56,221 nucleotides of DNA from Elsinoe ampelina (lineage: Eukaryota), in the NCBI GenBank assembly GCA_010093995.1, contig ML992514.1, forward strand, positions 460,084 to 516,304, written 5' to 3'. The notes beneath the pieces were generated by a model that was not told the DNA's origin, did not search any database, and worked only from the letters and a program-made list of their open reading frames with translations. Numbering within the stretch: the first letter of the stretch is position 1; the number at the start of each line of letters is the position of its first letter. Of this stretch, positions 25,957-40,650 are shown in pieces. A program made the position numbers and the translations under genes.

Positions 25957-28900
25957 TGTCCAAGCCAGGTATGAATTGCTCACTTCACCGGCAGACCGGT
26001 CTTCACTGACCGCTCGACCAGGCAAGACAGCACCCCGATTGCTTCATGATGCTGTATTGCTAGACGTTCATCATTCCACCAGATACTTTGACATTCTTGC
26101 CGACCCTGCACCACAATATCTCAATGGGAAAGATTACCCTGCCGCTCGGCCTGCTCAGGCATGCGATCACAACTATGCGCTCAACCTTTCAAGAACAAAG
26201 TTGCCTGGGACCGACTATCGACCGGCAGCAGGGGATGCTTTCTGGGTACAAGCCGTCTGCCGCAAATGTAGAGGTCACATCCACATCGATCTGAAGTACA
26301 GCCCCACCGGACGAAGGCCGTGTCCGAACAACGACTATCCGCTGCATCACTTTGTGCGCCAGCATGCTGCGACAGGATCGGAATATACCTTCCTGTGCTC
26401 AAGCCCAGACTGCGGAGCTGTTGTCAACCTCAAGTATCTTCAACGACTCGTAACTGATGAAGATGTCGATTTGATCACAAACCCCAAATTCCTTCGAAAG
26501 CGGTACGATGATGCAATAGAAAAGCATGGTGCACATCGGGGTTTCATACTGGCTACAGAGGTGTCGACGTTGTGGAAGCTGCGGCGATACGTCCGCGACT
26601 CATTGAAGCCGGACGGGATCGAGAAGCGAGTGCCTTTGGAGAACAAGCGATACCTCGAATCATTTGCGGCCGATTGCGATGAGATATTTGAGCGCCTAGG
26701 GTTCAAAAAGGAAGTCCAGGAGGATGATGTGGTATGGGCCCTTCCGCAGACAGATCCTGAGGGTATGGACGGACACCGAGTTTACCTGGAGAATTGGGAT
26801 ATGGAGCTACAGATCCTGATCGACCAATTTGTCGAACGCTTCAAAGAGCTACATCCTTGCGCCGATTATGTCTGGCACGATGCGCGTCCAGAAATGTCGA
26901 GGTTATTGTCGACCCAATCTTATAGCAGATCTGCATCATCCAAGCTAGAAGAAAACCCAAACGGCCAGGATCACCCATATTATGCAAGTCTCGGCGCGAT
27001 GAGGGACTTTGGCGACGATCTCATCATTTTTGCATATGAACGCCAAGTCGACTGCGATCCGCAAAATGGCGCTTACTACTTCGACTGCCTGCAGGACCTT
27101 GCTCATGGGCGTCAGAGCGAACAAATGGTCATGAAGACGTCTTTCCTAGAAGAACAAGGCGTTGTCGGGCAGAAAGCGATTGCAGAGGCCTATGGCTTCT
27201 TCTCGATCGACACCAAGTCAAATTTGACTGATCAAATGATCGTTGACAGGTACAAATCAAGGATGGAGGACACAGCAGCGTCTCAGCGCCCAGTGGCTCG
27301 CACAATGCTAAAACGTATCGGGACCCTTCGAAATTCTCGTCTGCTCCTTGACACAGCTTCGGACAGTGGGTGCATTGATTAGCGCATACCGTGCATTCCT
27401 AACATTCTCAGCGATCGATAATTACGAGCAGGCACTATCGTGGCTGGGAGCTGAGAAGAGCTATCCAGACGACTCGATTCTGACGCTGCATACTGCCAAG
27501 GTGGCCGACAACCCCGACGCCGTCGCTCTGGCCAGGAAAGCGGTGGAGATCATCGCCGAAGAACGAAACAGTGATCCTCTAAGGAGTTGGCTAAGTACTG
27601 GCGAAATGCGTGACTCCAAGATGAGCGTCGACGATGCGTGTGCGCATCTCAAAATCAGCCTGAAGGATGTGGATGAGACTATGCTTCAAGTGGTCTTCGA
27701 AAATGCAAAGTCCGACAATCCTGGGTGGAAAACAGATCAAGCGATTGAGACGGTCACCAAGGCATATCAGAAACCACAAGAAGGACCCAAGCATGATCCA
27801 GCCAGTTGGCCTGTTGGTCTGACCAGCCACGGCAACACATGCTATCTGAACAGTCTCCTGCAATACTACTTCACCATCAAGCCTCTTCGCGATCTGGTTC
27901 TGGACTTTGATCAATACAAACATGACCTTTCCAGAGGCGGCAAAATCGATCGAGTGGGAGCACGGAAGGTTACCACGTTGGAGATTCGTGCCTATCAGAA
28001 ATTTGTGGGCGATCTACGCCACTTGTTCGAGCGCATGATAAGAGATCGAGGACCCTCCGTGAAGCCTGAAGCTGATCTAGTCTGTCGAGCTTTTCTGAAG
28101 GCGGAAGATACGGAGACTCAGACTGCCACACCTAGCAGGGCAGGGTCACCTCCTGCAGACATTGGCATTGAACAGCCACCAGAGAAGCCTCCACGACCAC
28201 ACAGCTCACAGATGGAGAATGCTCCTCCGGCCATGCCGCCTCGACCACCGAAGCTCGCTGATGAGGCATCTGATGCTAGCTCCAAGACGATGGGAAGTGA
28301 TAGTAGTTCTGTCACGCTGGGGGACGACCATGCAGAGCACAACGTCTTATCTAACCATCCGAAAGATATCGAGATGCAGGAATCTACTGTGGTGATCAAT
28401 CAGGCCACACCACCGGACTCTCCGACAATACCTTCGACGATACACGACACTGATACGCTGGACATTCCTCCACTGCCTCCTAGGCCTAGCCCAACGCCGG
28501 TCCACCAACAGACAAATCTCGCAAAGGCTGAAGAAGCAGCAAGGCAGCAGCAGGACGTGACTGAAGTCATGGATGAAATTCTTTTCCGGCTTCGATGTGC
28601 TATAAAATCTGAAGGTATGGATCCTCAAGAAGAACAGCTCGACGCTTTCCGCAAGATCTTCTACATGAGGACATCGGAAAAGACACTGGGCGAAGGTGGC
28701 AAGGTTACTTCTCGCGAAGACTCGGCGCAGAATATTCTTCTCAATATCCCCAGTCAAGAGACCGACATATATGCCGCACTTGACGGGATCTTTGAGCTGC
28801 AGACAATCGAGCACGGCGACAAGAGACTTAAGCAATACAAAACGCTACAGTCTTTGCCGCCGATCCTGCAGATCAACATTCCTCGTAATACCTATGACCG

Positions 28901-29756
28901 CAACACGGGTCGTGGAGTCAAGATTGAGAGCAAAATTCATCTCGAGGAAACGCTTTACATGGATCGCTACTTTGAGTGGCAAGATACGAAGGTCATGGAC
29001 CGACGCAAGGCGACCTGGGGCTGGCGACAGCGTCTTGACCAGCTCAGGGCGCAGAGAGATCTCATCAACTCAAAGGAAAGGAAGGATGGAAAGGCGTCAC
29101 AACCGGACATTGATGGACCGACAAGACTTCAAGCTGCGGCCAAATTCATCAGAGCTGTTGCAAGGAACAACGAAGCTTTGGCTTCTCTGGACTTACCACC
29201 TGTCGAGCTCGACGAGAGTATTGCCAAGGATCTCGATGCACTCGCCGAGGCTCAACGCATTCAGCTCAATACGATCGAAGAAGAGATGACGGCCCTGCAA
29301 ACACGGATTTCTACCAATTTTGAAGATCTGAAGGAAATCAAGTACAGGCTCTTCGCTGTCTTCTTCCACCGCGGGGGCTACGGTCACGGTCATTACTGGA
29401 CGAATATCAGAGACTTCCAGAACGATACCTGGCGTCAATACAACGATGAGAAGGTGGAGGAGTTCACCAAGCTGAACGAGATCTTTGATGCCAAAGACTG
29501 GCAGCATGGCACGCCAACATACGCCGTGTACGTCAAAGAAGATGAGGATATTGCACAACTTGTTCAGCCAGTCTGCCGCGAACCCGAACAGCCAATGAAC
29601 ATGAAGACCGAGGCAAGGGAGGAGCCCGTCGACGAAGTAATGCAAGATGCGCCACCATCTGCGCCGCCTCCACCGAATTATCCACCGCCGAAGCCCCAGA
29701 CCGACGGCAACACCAAGATGGAGAATGGAACTTCACATCAAGACACCAAATGGTAG
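25957..29756 (+). CDS. UBP2: Ubiquitin carboxyl-terminal hydrolase, Ubp2-like (3 exons)
   Basis: Cys box GLTSHGNTCYLNSLLQ, QQDVTE, His box FFHRGGYGHGHYW, YNDEKV. Introns 25970-26021 and 27366-27411 give the start MSKPGKTAPRLL and join the two long ORFs. Confidence 0.9.
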
Positions 29757-30199
29757 GAACGACGACTTGTACTAGTAGTGAAGGAGTCCGCAAAGGGATT
29801 GAACTCGTAGCATCGATATTGTGAGCATTTTCGAGCAAAGGCGCTGAGAGACGAGGCACGATTGATACCCCGTTCGTTTACATCGGCATTCGCAGTTTAA
29901 GCATGGATGGGTGGTCTGACGGTGGCATAGCTGGTAGCAGGTACATAGCTGTCTCGTACAAGGATTGATGAATCACCGCAAAATTGTGCCCTGGCTTGTG
30001 CACGCTTTCACCTCTTCGAGATCGTCTCGCATTGCCGGTTTTGCTCGGCTTCAGATTGGATGCTGGAATTTCCCCTTTGGGAACTGTCCATGAAATTTCT
30101 CCCCGAGCTTCCCAGCATCTCGGCACGTCTTCGCGACCACACATTATTTCCTAGCGCTTCGATTTTGGTCTAGTAGAGTGTGGAGTATAGCACAGAAGT

Positions 30200-33100
30200 A
30201 TGAAGCGCCACATACGATTAAAGGTACTTGGGCCCTCGACTGTGGGAATAGCTTCAGCTGACCAAATGCAAGACGGCCTCGGATAGCCTTTGTGTATTCT
30301 GTGCCCACCGACTTGCACCAGTCACGACATTTGTACGTACACCCCCGAGGACTAATGTACGTATACAACGGCGAGGTCTCCGCTCCTCCACCGTCTATTC
30401 TCGAGCAGCAGAAGCGGGACCGTCCACGCAGCAACAGGATGACCCCTTCGATCCTTTTGGCCAGCCACTACCAAATCAATTCGTCAACCCGGAAGAGGCT
30501 GCTAGAGCAAACGTCGCCAGGCTTAAGGAGCAGCGCGCGGAAGAGGAGCGGATCCGGTCGGAAGAGGAGCGAATACGGAGGGAAGAGCGGACGAAGAAGC
30601 AGCAGGAATTGGAATCAAAGTCTATCTTCCACTCCGACCCCCAAGAATCGATAGCTCTACCTTCAGCCGATGTATCGGGCGTTAGAGACAAGCATCTGCG
30701 GCTGAAGGATGCCCGACAACGGACGCATGCTGCGAAGGAGCAAAGTGCGGCGCCGACCACCACAGAATCTACCACCGAGGGCCATGGCCCCGACTCCGTC
30801 CCTCAGCAGCAGGGTCGCCGTACTCCAGACCAACGACCAGATGGCACCGCCGGTAGCCAAGACCAGCAAGAGAAGGCGGATCAAGTACGTATCAGGTCAA
30901 CTTGGGCCGGGATGGAGGGAAAGGGAAGACACAAGGCGCGCCTGTTGGCGGATGAGAAAGACAGGAGGGAGTCGAATGCGCTCTTCAATCAACCCGCCGT
31001 GACAATGTCCCGACGGACTACGACAACAGACGGACATAGCACGACGACGGGGCCCGACCGCAATTCTGCAACAATCGGGAGATCATTGGCTGATGCGGTC
31101 GGGGCACGCCGAACAGATCGGAATGGCAGACAAGGAGACCGCGTGCAGAACAAGCTATCATCAAGGGAGCAAGCGATCGCAGACATCACAGAAAATATGA
31201 ATATGAAGAGTATGCCTAGACTGGACAGGGAGCGACCGCAGCGACAAACGAATGCCCTGATACGGAACACGAAGACGTCCGCATTCCCAGTCTTTGGTGA
31301 AGCGAAGCCCTCTTTCCCCTCCTTCGGTGGAGAGGCGCAGACAGACGGGACGGTAGGCAAGGATGCTTCGGAATGGACTCATTCTGACGTTCCTGAAATA
31401 CCGCCCGAGATACAGGCTCGGATCGACGAAGAGAAGAGGCTCGCGGAAGAGCGACGAATTGAAGAAGAGAGAAGGCTAGAAGAGGAGAGAAAGGTCGCTG
31501 AAGCACGCAAAGCTGAGGAGGAGCGACTGGCAGAAGAAAGACGCAAGGATGCCGAGCGAAAGGAGTCCGAACGTCGACTATTGGAGGCACATCGGAGAAA
31601 GATTAAGCAGGAGGAGGAGGCACGGCAGATTGCAGAGACAGCTAGGCTGAGTGCTCAGCAGAAGGAGCAAGCTCGACAGGCTGCAGAAGCAGCACGATTA
31701 TATGCTCAACAACAGGCTCAATTGGCATCTAATCAATCGATGGCGGACATTGCTTACGGTCAGGAGGTTTCAATTCAGCAGGAGGGCCGGACATCTCAAT
31801 CCGCACAGGCCGGTCCAACTACACACCAACCGGCGGCCCGTGACGAAGGTCTTGGTGGTCTTTCACTCTCCACCGAGGAGCTTGACGAGATGACCGAGGA
31901 GGAAATTGACATGTACTTCAAATTGCTGAAGAAAAAGATGGCAAGACGGGCAAAGGCTCGCGAGGAAGCGATGTCGTCACCGACCAATCCAGGAACGCCT
32001 TCAGCGAAAAGCGAAGCATTCGGAAACTCTTCAACATCAACACAAGCTGCGTCCCAAAACCTACCACTGAGGTCCACACCAAGCAAGGACCAACCTACCC
32101 AACCACAATTTTCCGAGGCTGCTTTGGAGCCAGGCAGGGCGTCAGCGTCTGATTGGCAACCACAAAGTGCGCAGCAGGTGCAAGCAGGAGACCGTGGTTA
32201 TTCGCCATTAAATGTGACCGCAGATGATACGTCCATGGACGGCATGTCAGATCTGATGAGGCAGGGCATGCTAGCTGGAGCAGCGTATCGCAGCGCGCCT
32301 AAAGATCAGACCAGTGACCTTACAGGAGCGCGATCTTCAGATGAGCAGCACTTCCAACGCGATACTACCTTGGACCGAGAACCTCCTAAAGCTAGGTCAA
32401 GTGGCAGCTCGTCACCGTTGTTACCTTTTGATCCCGCCTTGACTTCAAAGTGGAATCTACTCAAAGCTCCAGGCAGGAGGTCCGATCCACCAGCGACTAG
32501 CCCGGCTCGAAGTTCGACTCAATTCGCTCCACGAAACGTCGAGGGAGCATCAGGACGTCAAAATTTTCCTCAAATGAGAGAAGGTCTATCAGCAGAAAGG
32601 CCAGCCGACGATCCTTTCACTCCTGTCGGGAGATATGATGGACCTAGGAAGGAAACCAGAACTTGCAATATCTGTGGACAACCTGGTCATATCTCATTCT
32701 TTTGCCCCGAGAGAAAGGTCAGAACGCCTCATCCAACTATAACGGAAAATGCTGAGAGGTCTAGGCGCCCTCAACCGAGAACCTCTAAATCTGCCGATCC
32801 GAACGACCGGTCCAGTAGTGAAGCTGGTCCTACGGGTGCGCGGGAACCGGACGCGTTTGATCTGCTAGAGCAATCTGAGGAGCCGCAAAGACCTTTGGTC
32901 AGACGTATCGCTATCGGCGAGGAGGAGACCGCACTGCTCCCTGAAGTCGATGAACTCGATGCAATCAAGGCAAAGGAGCGCGATTCCACGAAGCGTTTTC
33001 GGTCTGCTTCCCGAAACATAGATGTCGATGATCGGCCCGCCAGACAAGCGAGATGGCAGGATGATATCGATGAAGACGTGGATGAAGAGGAGGTCAAATT

Positions 33101-35415
33101 ACGTGTCAAAGCAAGATCCGACAGATTCGCCGATCCAGAAGAGGACGAGCAGGAACCTCGAATTACCCTGAGGTCTCGAAAATTCGCCGAACCAGAAGAG
33201 GATGATCGTCCTCGCAAAGCTGGTCGGAGACGGTCGCGGGACGACGATGACGACCTTGATGAAGACGTTGGACGCCGCCGTGGAGGACGCAGGTCTTCTA
33301 TGCGTGACGAGGATGATGAAGACGATGTAACTCCTCGACGTTCACGCCGAAGAGATCGCGACGAGGATGACGTGCTCGACAATTTGTCTGGTGTGTCCAA
33401 GATCCGTGACAAGCGACAGCGCGAGCGGGATGAACGACGGACAATGGCTCGCAAAGAGCAAGAACGCAAGCTCGCCATCTCTGCCAAACGGGCTCGAGCC
33501 GTGACGAAAATCACACTGCCGCAATTCATCACCGTCTCCAACCTTGCTCAAGCACTGGACGTCAAGCTAGACCCGTTCATCCGCAGACTTGAAAGTCTTG
33601 GCTTCACCGCGATGGGTCACGATCACGTACTGACAGCCGAGAATGCCTCTATGATTGCTCTTGAGTACAACTACGACCCAGTCATTGGTGCCGACCTCGA
33701 AATTCACGATCGTGACCTCAAACCTCGTCCCGAGCTCGAGGATAAATCTGATCTGCCATCTCGTCCACCAATCGTCACAATTATGGGACATGTTGACCAT
33801 GGAAAGACTACAATTCTCGATTACCTCCGCTCATCCTCAGTCGCCGCAACTGAGCATGGTGGTATCACACAGCACATCGGTGCCTTCTCCGTCAACATGT
33901 CCGGTGGTAAGACAATTACCTTCCTGGATACGCCAGGTCACGCTGCCTTCTTGAGCATGCGCAAGCGCGGTGCGAACGTCACAGATATCGTCATTCTCGT
34001 CGTAGCAGCGGACGATAGTGTCAAGCCGCAAACGCTGGAAGCATTGAAGCACGCCAGAGAAGCCAAGGTGCCAATTCTTGTCGCAGTGAACAAGGTCGAC
34101 AAACCCGAGGCGGACGTGCAGAGGGTGAAAAACGATCTTGCTCGACACGGTGTAGATATTGAAGACTTTGGAGGCGAAGTACAAGTCGTGCCTGTCTCCG
34201 GCAAGACTGGTGAAGGTATGGACGATCTCGAAGAAGCAGTAGTCACTCTCGGTGAGATCCTGGACCATAGAGCCGAACAGACCGGTGGCGTCGAAGGCTG
34301 GGTCCTCGAAGCCACCACCAAAGCCGCCGGACGAGTAGCCACCGTACTCGTCCGCAGAGGTACCCTTCGCACCGGCGACGTGATCGTCGCAGGCCAAACC
34401 TGGACCAAAGTCCGCACCCTCAAAAACGAAGCCGGCATCGAAGTCCCCGAAGCCGGCCCCGGAACCCCCGTCGAAGTCGACGGCTGGCGCGACCAACCCG
34501 TCGCAGGCGACCTCGTCCTCGAAGCCGTCAGCGAGCAAAAAGCCACCGACGTTGTGTCCTACCGCGAAGCCATCTCCGACCGCGCCAAGCTCGCCGAAGA
34601 CGTCGAAGCCATCAACGAATCCCGCCGTCTCGAGCAAGAAAAGCGCGACAGAGAAAAGGCCGAAGCCGAAGCCAAAGCGTCCGGCCAAGACGTCGCCACC
34701 GACGTCGCCCCCAAGTCCGCCTCCACCCACCAAGAAGTCCCCTTCATCATCAAGGCCGACGTCTCTGGCTCCGCGGAGGCAGTCGTCGGCTACCTCCAGC
34801 AACTCATCAACCCGCTCGTCTCGCCCCGCATCCTCCGCAGCGGCGTCGGTCCCGTCAGCGAATTCGACGTCGAGCACGCCGCCGCCGCCAAGGGACACAT
34901 CATCAGCTTCAACCAGCCTGCGCCGGTGGATGAGATCGCGGGGCTGGCGCAGCATAACAAGGTGAGGGTGATTGAGCAGAACGTCATTTACCGGCTGCTG
35001 GAGCAGGTGAAGGCTGTGCTTGAGGAGAAGTTGGAGCCGGTGAAGACGCAGCGCGTGATTGGGGAGGCGGAGGTGTTGCGCAGTTTTGATATCGGGGTGG
35101 GAGGGAGGAGGAAGTTGAGGATTGCGGGTAGTCGGGTGAGGAATGGGGAGGTGAGGAGGGGGAGTCGGGTGAGGGTGATGAGGGAGGGGAGGAAGGTTTA
35201 TGATGGTGAGTTTCCCGTCGGGTTGGGAGTGAGAAGGGTGGAGCTAATGTGGCGCAGGCATGATTAATTCGCTGAAGAATGTGAAGAAGGATGTCACGGA
35301 GATGCGAAAGGGGACGGAGTGTGGGATTGGGTTCGAGGAGTGGACGGATGCGAAGGAGGGTGATCAGATTCAGACGTATGAGGAGATTGAGGAGAAGAGG
35401 TCGTTGCCGATATAG
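30200..35415 (+). CDS. IFM1: Mitochondrial translation initiation factor IF2 with very long N-terminal extension (~1704 aa, 3 exons)
   Basis: RPPIVTIMGHVDHGKTT, GGITQHIGAF, FLDTPGHAAF, VNKVD, IIKADVSGSAEA. Intron 35206-35257 restores SLKNVKKDVTEMRKGTECGIGF. Inferred first exon MKRHIRLK and intron 30224-30272 give an Arg-rich presequence. Confidence 0.92.
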
Positions 35416-35557
35416 GGATTGGAGGCAGTGTAGATTACGGCATGTGGGAAGGTGTGTACATATAGTTCTGCATGGTGGGGCAGCATGTGGATAGAGTTTA
35501 GACATTGTAGAATACACGCTTTTTGGCAGGCGCTGATGCTGATGATGCTGCTATGTG

Positions 35558-36549
35558 CTATACTGTTTTTCGTAGCTGGACGCCGGCCCATAATACAGGC
35601 GCTAATGATTTGGGGAGGTTGAAGCCGAAGAGGCTGATGATCCAGAAGATGCCGGTCACGACTATTGGTGATAGTAATAGCTCCGTGTGATGCAGAAAGG
35701 GTAGAGCTGGATTGTGTGTCAGCTTGTGTAGACCGCAGTCGTGGGGAGAGACACACCATTGTACCCTAGAAACGTGATGACAAAGTAGTATCCAAAGGCT
35801 AAAAAGTACAAGGAGTTGCCAAAGAACTCCGAGACCCAGTAGTCGCGTGATATGACTGGCATGAGCAGGAATTGTATGACATATAGAAACACCCAGACCG
35901 GGAAGAATGCTCGTATTGATACCTGTAGTCTGTCAGCTTGGTGCTTCGATCCACGACGTAGATCTGGCTCACATCGAAGCAATAGCCAAACTCCAACTGC
36001 TCGCCCGGGCTGCCCGCGGAAGGTCCGAAAAGTCCAGCTCTTCTGCTCCGTCCAGGTAGTCCTGCCACGCCGGGTCCAAGGAACTTGCCCACTAGGAAAT
36101 ACATTGCCGTTGATACAAAGAGAGACGACGCTAGAAAGTGCCCAAATATGAATACAAGAACAATTTTTATTGTCCGCGAGACGCCGTCGGCATATGCTAG
36201 TCCCCAAGCGAGCGCTGTGAGAAGGAGGAAGAAAGAAAGGAGGTAGGTGAAGGATGGATCTGGCCGGTGCCACGTATTTCGTGTTTCTGTTGGGATCAGT
36301 ACTTGAATATACCGTGGGCGCCTGCGCATGCTTACGCTTCTGGTAATACACAGATCGAAAGACCTTCTTCGGACCAATGATCAGAGTCGTCATCTCCCAG
36401 ATTGCCATTTCAAAGTCCATTTGCGGGAACTTGAACAGTCGCTTGAAGAAGCGAGGCATGCGTAACGACGTTTGCCGCCGCGAGGAAGAGACACCGCCGA
36501 AGTTTGAGGCATTGGAGTTGTGTCGCGGGAGGGATATGGTCGGGTTCAT
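35558..36549 (-). CDS. GMH1: UNC-50 / Gmh1 family Golgi membrane protein (4 exons)
   Basis: FKRLFKFPQMDFEMAIWEM, TRNTWHRPDPSF, LEFGYCFDVSIRAFFP, YFVITFLGYNALPFLHHTELLL, assembled across three introns. Confidence 0.92.
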
Positions 36550-37031
36550 TGTGTCGAGTGAGGAGAGCAGCCGCAGGCCGATGTCTGTCTGGACATGCGG
36601 CTTCTGCTGGTTCAAGATTGCATGTGATCTCAACTGCGTGCAGAGAGTAGTCCTGGTCCGGCGGAGCTTGTGCGAGATCCGACGCAAATGTATTGGTTGG
36701 GAACAAAGGTATCGAGATCTATTGAAGGTCGACGTCGGAGGTCTTCACTTGCTCTCCGACGCGATGAAAAGAGCCGCATTTGAGCCGCGCTGAAGCAGCT
36801 TGAGCCGCAGTCTTGGCATTACCGAGTGAAACCTAGCTTCGCAAACTTGTGCTCGGTTCTCAATTCAACATTTCACTCACCCCTTCTATTTGCACTCATT
36901 CTAGGCCGATATTCTTCCTTCGAAGGTCATCCAAGGTATCCTTGAGTCAATATCAATCTGGTCAGCGATATTTGCACCGAGTGAATTCTTGCACTTGAGC
37001 TCGGAGGTCTTCCGTCCGCCCAACCTCCGAG

Positions 37032-40000
37032 ATGGAGGGCGAAGACGCCTTTCTTGCTGCGATGGACGGCGTGGAAGATCCTTCAGCGAACGCCGAATCA
37101 GAGCAGCCTCAAATTGAGGACGATGACGACGAAGATTACGACCCAGCTGCGCCATCTGGAGATACCCTGAACGCTGTCGAAGCGGCCCCTGCGACACTCG
37201 AGGTTCCAGCAGAGCAGCCTTCCCGCACAGCTTCACGGACGTCCCAGAAGCAGACGACTATCGGTGGTTTCGTCGCTGAAGATAGTGATGAAGATGAGGA
37301 AGAGGTGGTTGCACAAGACACACAAACAAATGGAGCTGTAGCTTTAGAGACTGCGAACACGGCATCTCCAAAACCAGGTTCCTTACCACAGTCCCCTGCT
37401 TTACCTGTTCCTTCCCAAGATCACACGGCGAATGGTGATACCACACCTCGAGCGAATGGTGCAGTCGCCGAATCCCCAGCAATCACACAAGATCTTTCCG
37501 TCAAGTCACCAGTGACAGTGACCTCGATCGATCGTGCTGGCGGCGCTTCGTCTGCTCAGCCGTCTTCTGCAGTTCCAAGTGCTGTTCCCTCTGTTCCAAA
37601 GTCTCGTTTGCCAAATGACATTATCGGGCAGTTAGAGGATAGGATAGCCGAAGATCCAAAAGGAGATGTAGAAGCTTGGTTGGGATTGATCGCTCATCTG
37701 AGATCAAAGGGAAAATACGACGAAGTCAGGAAGGTTTACGGGCGATTTTTCGAGGTGTTCCCAAGCGCGGTGAGTATCTCGTCCGAGTGGAAAGACTTTA
37801 CCTCTAACACATACACAGGCTGAACAATGGGTGGCTTATGCTCGTATGGAGCTGGAGCTGGACGATCTACCGCGGCTGGAGGCCATCTTCAACTTGGCTC
37901 TACTCAAAGTGCAAAGCATCGACTTGTGGAACATTTACCTTGCCCACATTCGCCGCCGCAATGACGTCGCCACTGACGCGACCGGACAAGGCCGGACAAT
38001 AGTGTCACAGGCATACGAGTTCGTCATCAACCAGGTCGGTCAAGACAAAGACTCTGGTCAACTTTGGCAAGACTACATCAGCTTCATCAAAGCGGGACCT
38101 GGAGTACCGGGTGGCACGGGATGGCAAGACGCACAGAAGATGGATCTACTCAGAAAAGCTTATCAACGCGCGGTCTGCGTTCCCATGTCGGCAGTGACGA
38201 ATCTCTGGAAGGAGTACGATTCTTTCGAAATGGGTCTCAACAAGATGACTGGTCGAAAGTTCTTGCAAGAGAAGTCTCCGTCATATGTCACAGCTCGCAG
38301 CTCATACACGGCACTATACAACATCACCCAGCACCTCAGACGCGGGGGTGTCCCTCGACTACCACCACATCCTGGTGCTTACGGCGAAGAAGACTTCCTT
38401 AGCCAGGTGGAGATCTGGGAGAAGTGGATTTCATGGGAGAAGGAAGACCCACTGGTACTGAAGGAAGAGGATGCCCAGGCGTTGCAACAGCGTATCCTTT
38501 TCGTCTACCGACAGGCTGCAATGGCATTGAGGTTCTATCCAAAGCTGTGGTTTGATGCCGCTCAATGGTGCTTCGACGAGGGTCTTGAAGCGGATGGCAC
38601 GTCGTTCCTGGATCAAGGACTGGAAGCCAACCCCGAAAGCTGCTTGCTTGCATTCAAGAAGGCGGACCAGCTTGAGAGGACTATGCCTTCCGATGACGGG
38701 GAAGACAGCATGGTCTCTCGCGGTAAGGCCGTGCGAGCTCCTTTCGACGGAGTCCTGGACCACCTCTACAAACATATCGAAGCCATCCAGAGCCGAGAGC
38801 GAGCGGACCTGGCACAGATCGAGGCAAAGTACGAAGCCATGTCGCCAGATTCACGCGGAGGAACACCAGAGGTAGCAGCGGACGACAACGACGATGAAAA
38901 CATAAACACGAACAAGCCACTCACGAAAAGGCAGCGCAAGGAGAAGGAGATCGCCGATCGTAAAGCCGAAACGCTCACACAGACGAAGCTGACCTCAAAG
39001 ACGATCACATACGTTTGGATAGCGTTGATGCGTGCCATGCGTCGCATCCAAGGAAAAGGCAAGCCTGGCGATGCGGTGGGAGGAATGCGTGGCATATTCA
39101 AGGACGCTCGTACAAGAGGACGCCTGATGGCGGATATTCATGTCGCCACGGCACTTCTTGAGCACCATGTGTACAAGGATGCGGCGGCGGCGAAGATCTT
39201 CAATCTCGGAGCGAAGCTGTTCCCAGAGGACGAGAACTTTGCGCTGGATCACATCAAGTTCCTGATCTCCGTGGGCGATTCGACCAGTAAGCTCCACCGC
39301 AATCACAATTCATTGAAGGTATCTCTAACTTTGCACAGACGCCCGAGTCGTGTTCGAGACCACCGTGTCCAGAATCACAGCCAAGCCCGAGAATGCGCAT
39401 CGAGCAAAGAATTTGTACGCTTTCTTCCATGACTGGGAGTCTAGATTTGGCGAGCTTGCCCAGGTCACCAAGCTCGAGAAGCGAATGGCGGAGCTCTATC
39501 CTGACGAGAACATTTCGACCCTATTCTCCCGCCGTTTCGGAGCTTCGGCAGTCATCCCTCCACCATTCGATCCATGCACTGTTTTGCTCGTGCTCAGTCC
39601 TACCCAGTTGAGGTCAAAAGCGGCAGTTCAAGGGATCATCCCCAGCATCGAGACCACAGAGCCAGCGCAGCCAGGTCCATTCGGGTACTTGCAGTCACCT
39701 AAGCGCCCACTCGACGACTCTGACGCAGAGCTGCCAGCGAGGAAGCTTCTTCGTGGTGAGTCTCCACTCAAGGGAGCGGCAGGAAGGCGCCAGCAGCAGC
39801 GTCAAGCCAGAGAGCTCGGTCATCAGTCAACACCATCTGGACCCAAGCCTCTGCCACAAGCTGTGTACCAGCTCCTCAGCATCATCCCACCTTCTCGACA
39901 GTGGAACCAGACTTTGTTTGACCCAGCGAAAATGGTGGACCTCATCCGTGCTACTGATATGACGAGAGCAAGACTGCCGGATACAGGCGGGCAGTACGGT

Positions 40001-40069
40001 AAGCCAATGATCATAATGAGATGACGAATTCGTCTGACATGCTTTGCAGGCTATGGTTTCAACCGGTGA
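37032..40069 (+). CDS. RNA14: mRNA 3'-end processing protein Rna14 / CstF-77 (HAT repeats; 4 exons)
   Basis: RLPNDIIGQLEDRIAEDP, WQDAQKMDLLRKAYQRAVCVP, WISWEKEDPL, VWIALMRAMRRIQGKG; introns 37770-37818, 39287-39338 and 39999-40049. Confidence 0.94.
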
Positions 40070-40650
40070 TAGCTCGAGAACACAAGAGACGATGCCAGCG
40101 TTTTCATCACATCTACGACCAAGCAAAATGATGGAGGGAGAGGGGCAAATTCCTGGTGGCTTGGTCTCCCTTGCATGGTCACACGCACCACTGATTTTGG
40201 AGGGGCAGGGTGGGTAGCACAGCTGGGCGTTGAGGCGAAATAAATACCAGCACTTTCAAGGTGAAGAGTGCTTTTGATGTCTGCATTTCATAAAGAGCGT
40301 TCAAATCGTTACTTTACCCGCTGTCTTCCTATATCAAAAAGATGATTTGGTGTCTCTGACCTGGTCAAAGCCAAGCAACATCAAGATACGGCAACGCTTC
40401 TACCTCTCGACACGCACTCGCCGATTGACGCAACATTCAAAAAATATTACCCAGAACGGCAGCTCCCTCGCGGCAATCCGTGTTTTCGGGTATCGCGCTT
40501 GACACGACGTCGCATCCCGCTGTTTTTCCACACTCCTCACCTCAATCTGAAGCTCTCCCACTTCAACACAACACTCTACACCCACCACCAAACATCCTTC
40601 TGCCTACCACTTGCCTCAAATTCCACCATATCGCAGGCTTGCTTGCAAAG

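Noticed and set aside
33837..34955. Long antisense or alternate-frame ORFs over IF2 (similar ones lie over AGO, GH32, GH47 and the epimerase)
   Set aside because: Shadow ORFs expected from strong third-position C/G bias; no recognisable domains.
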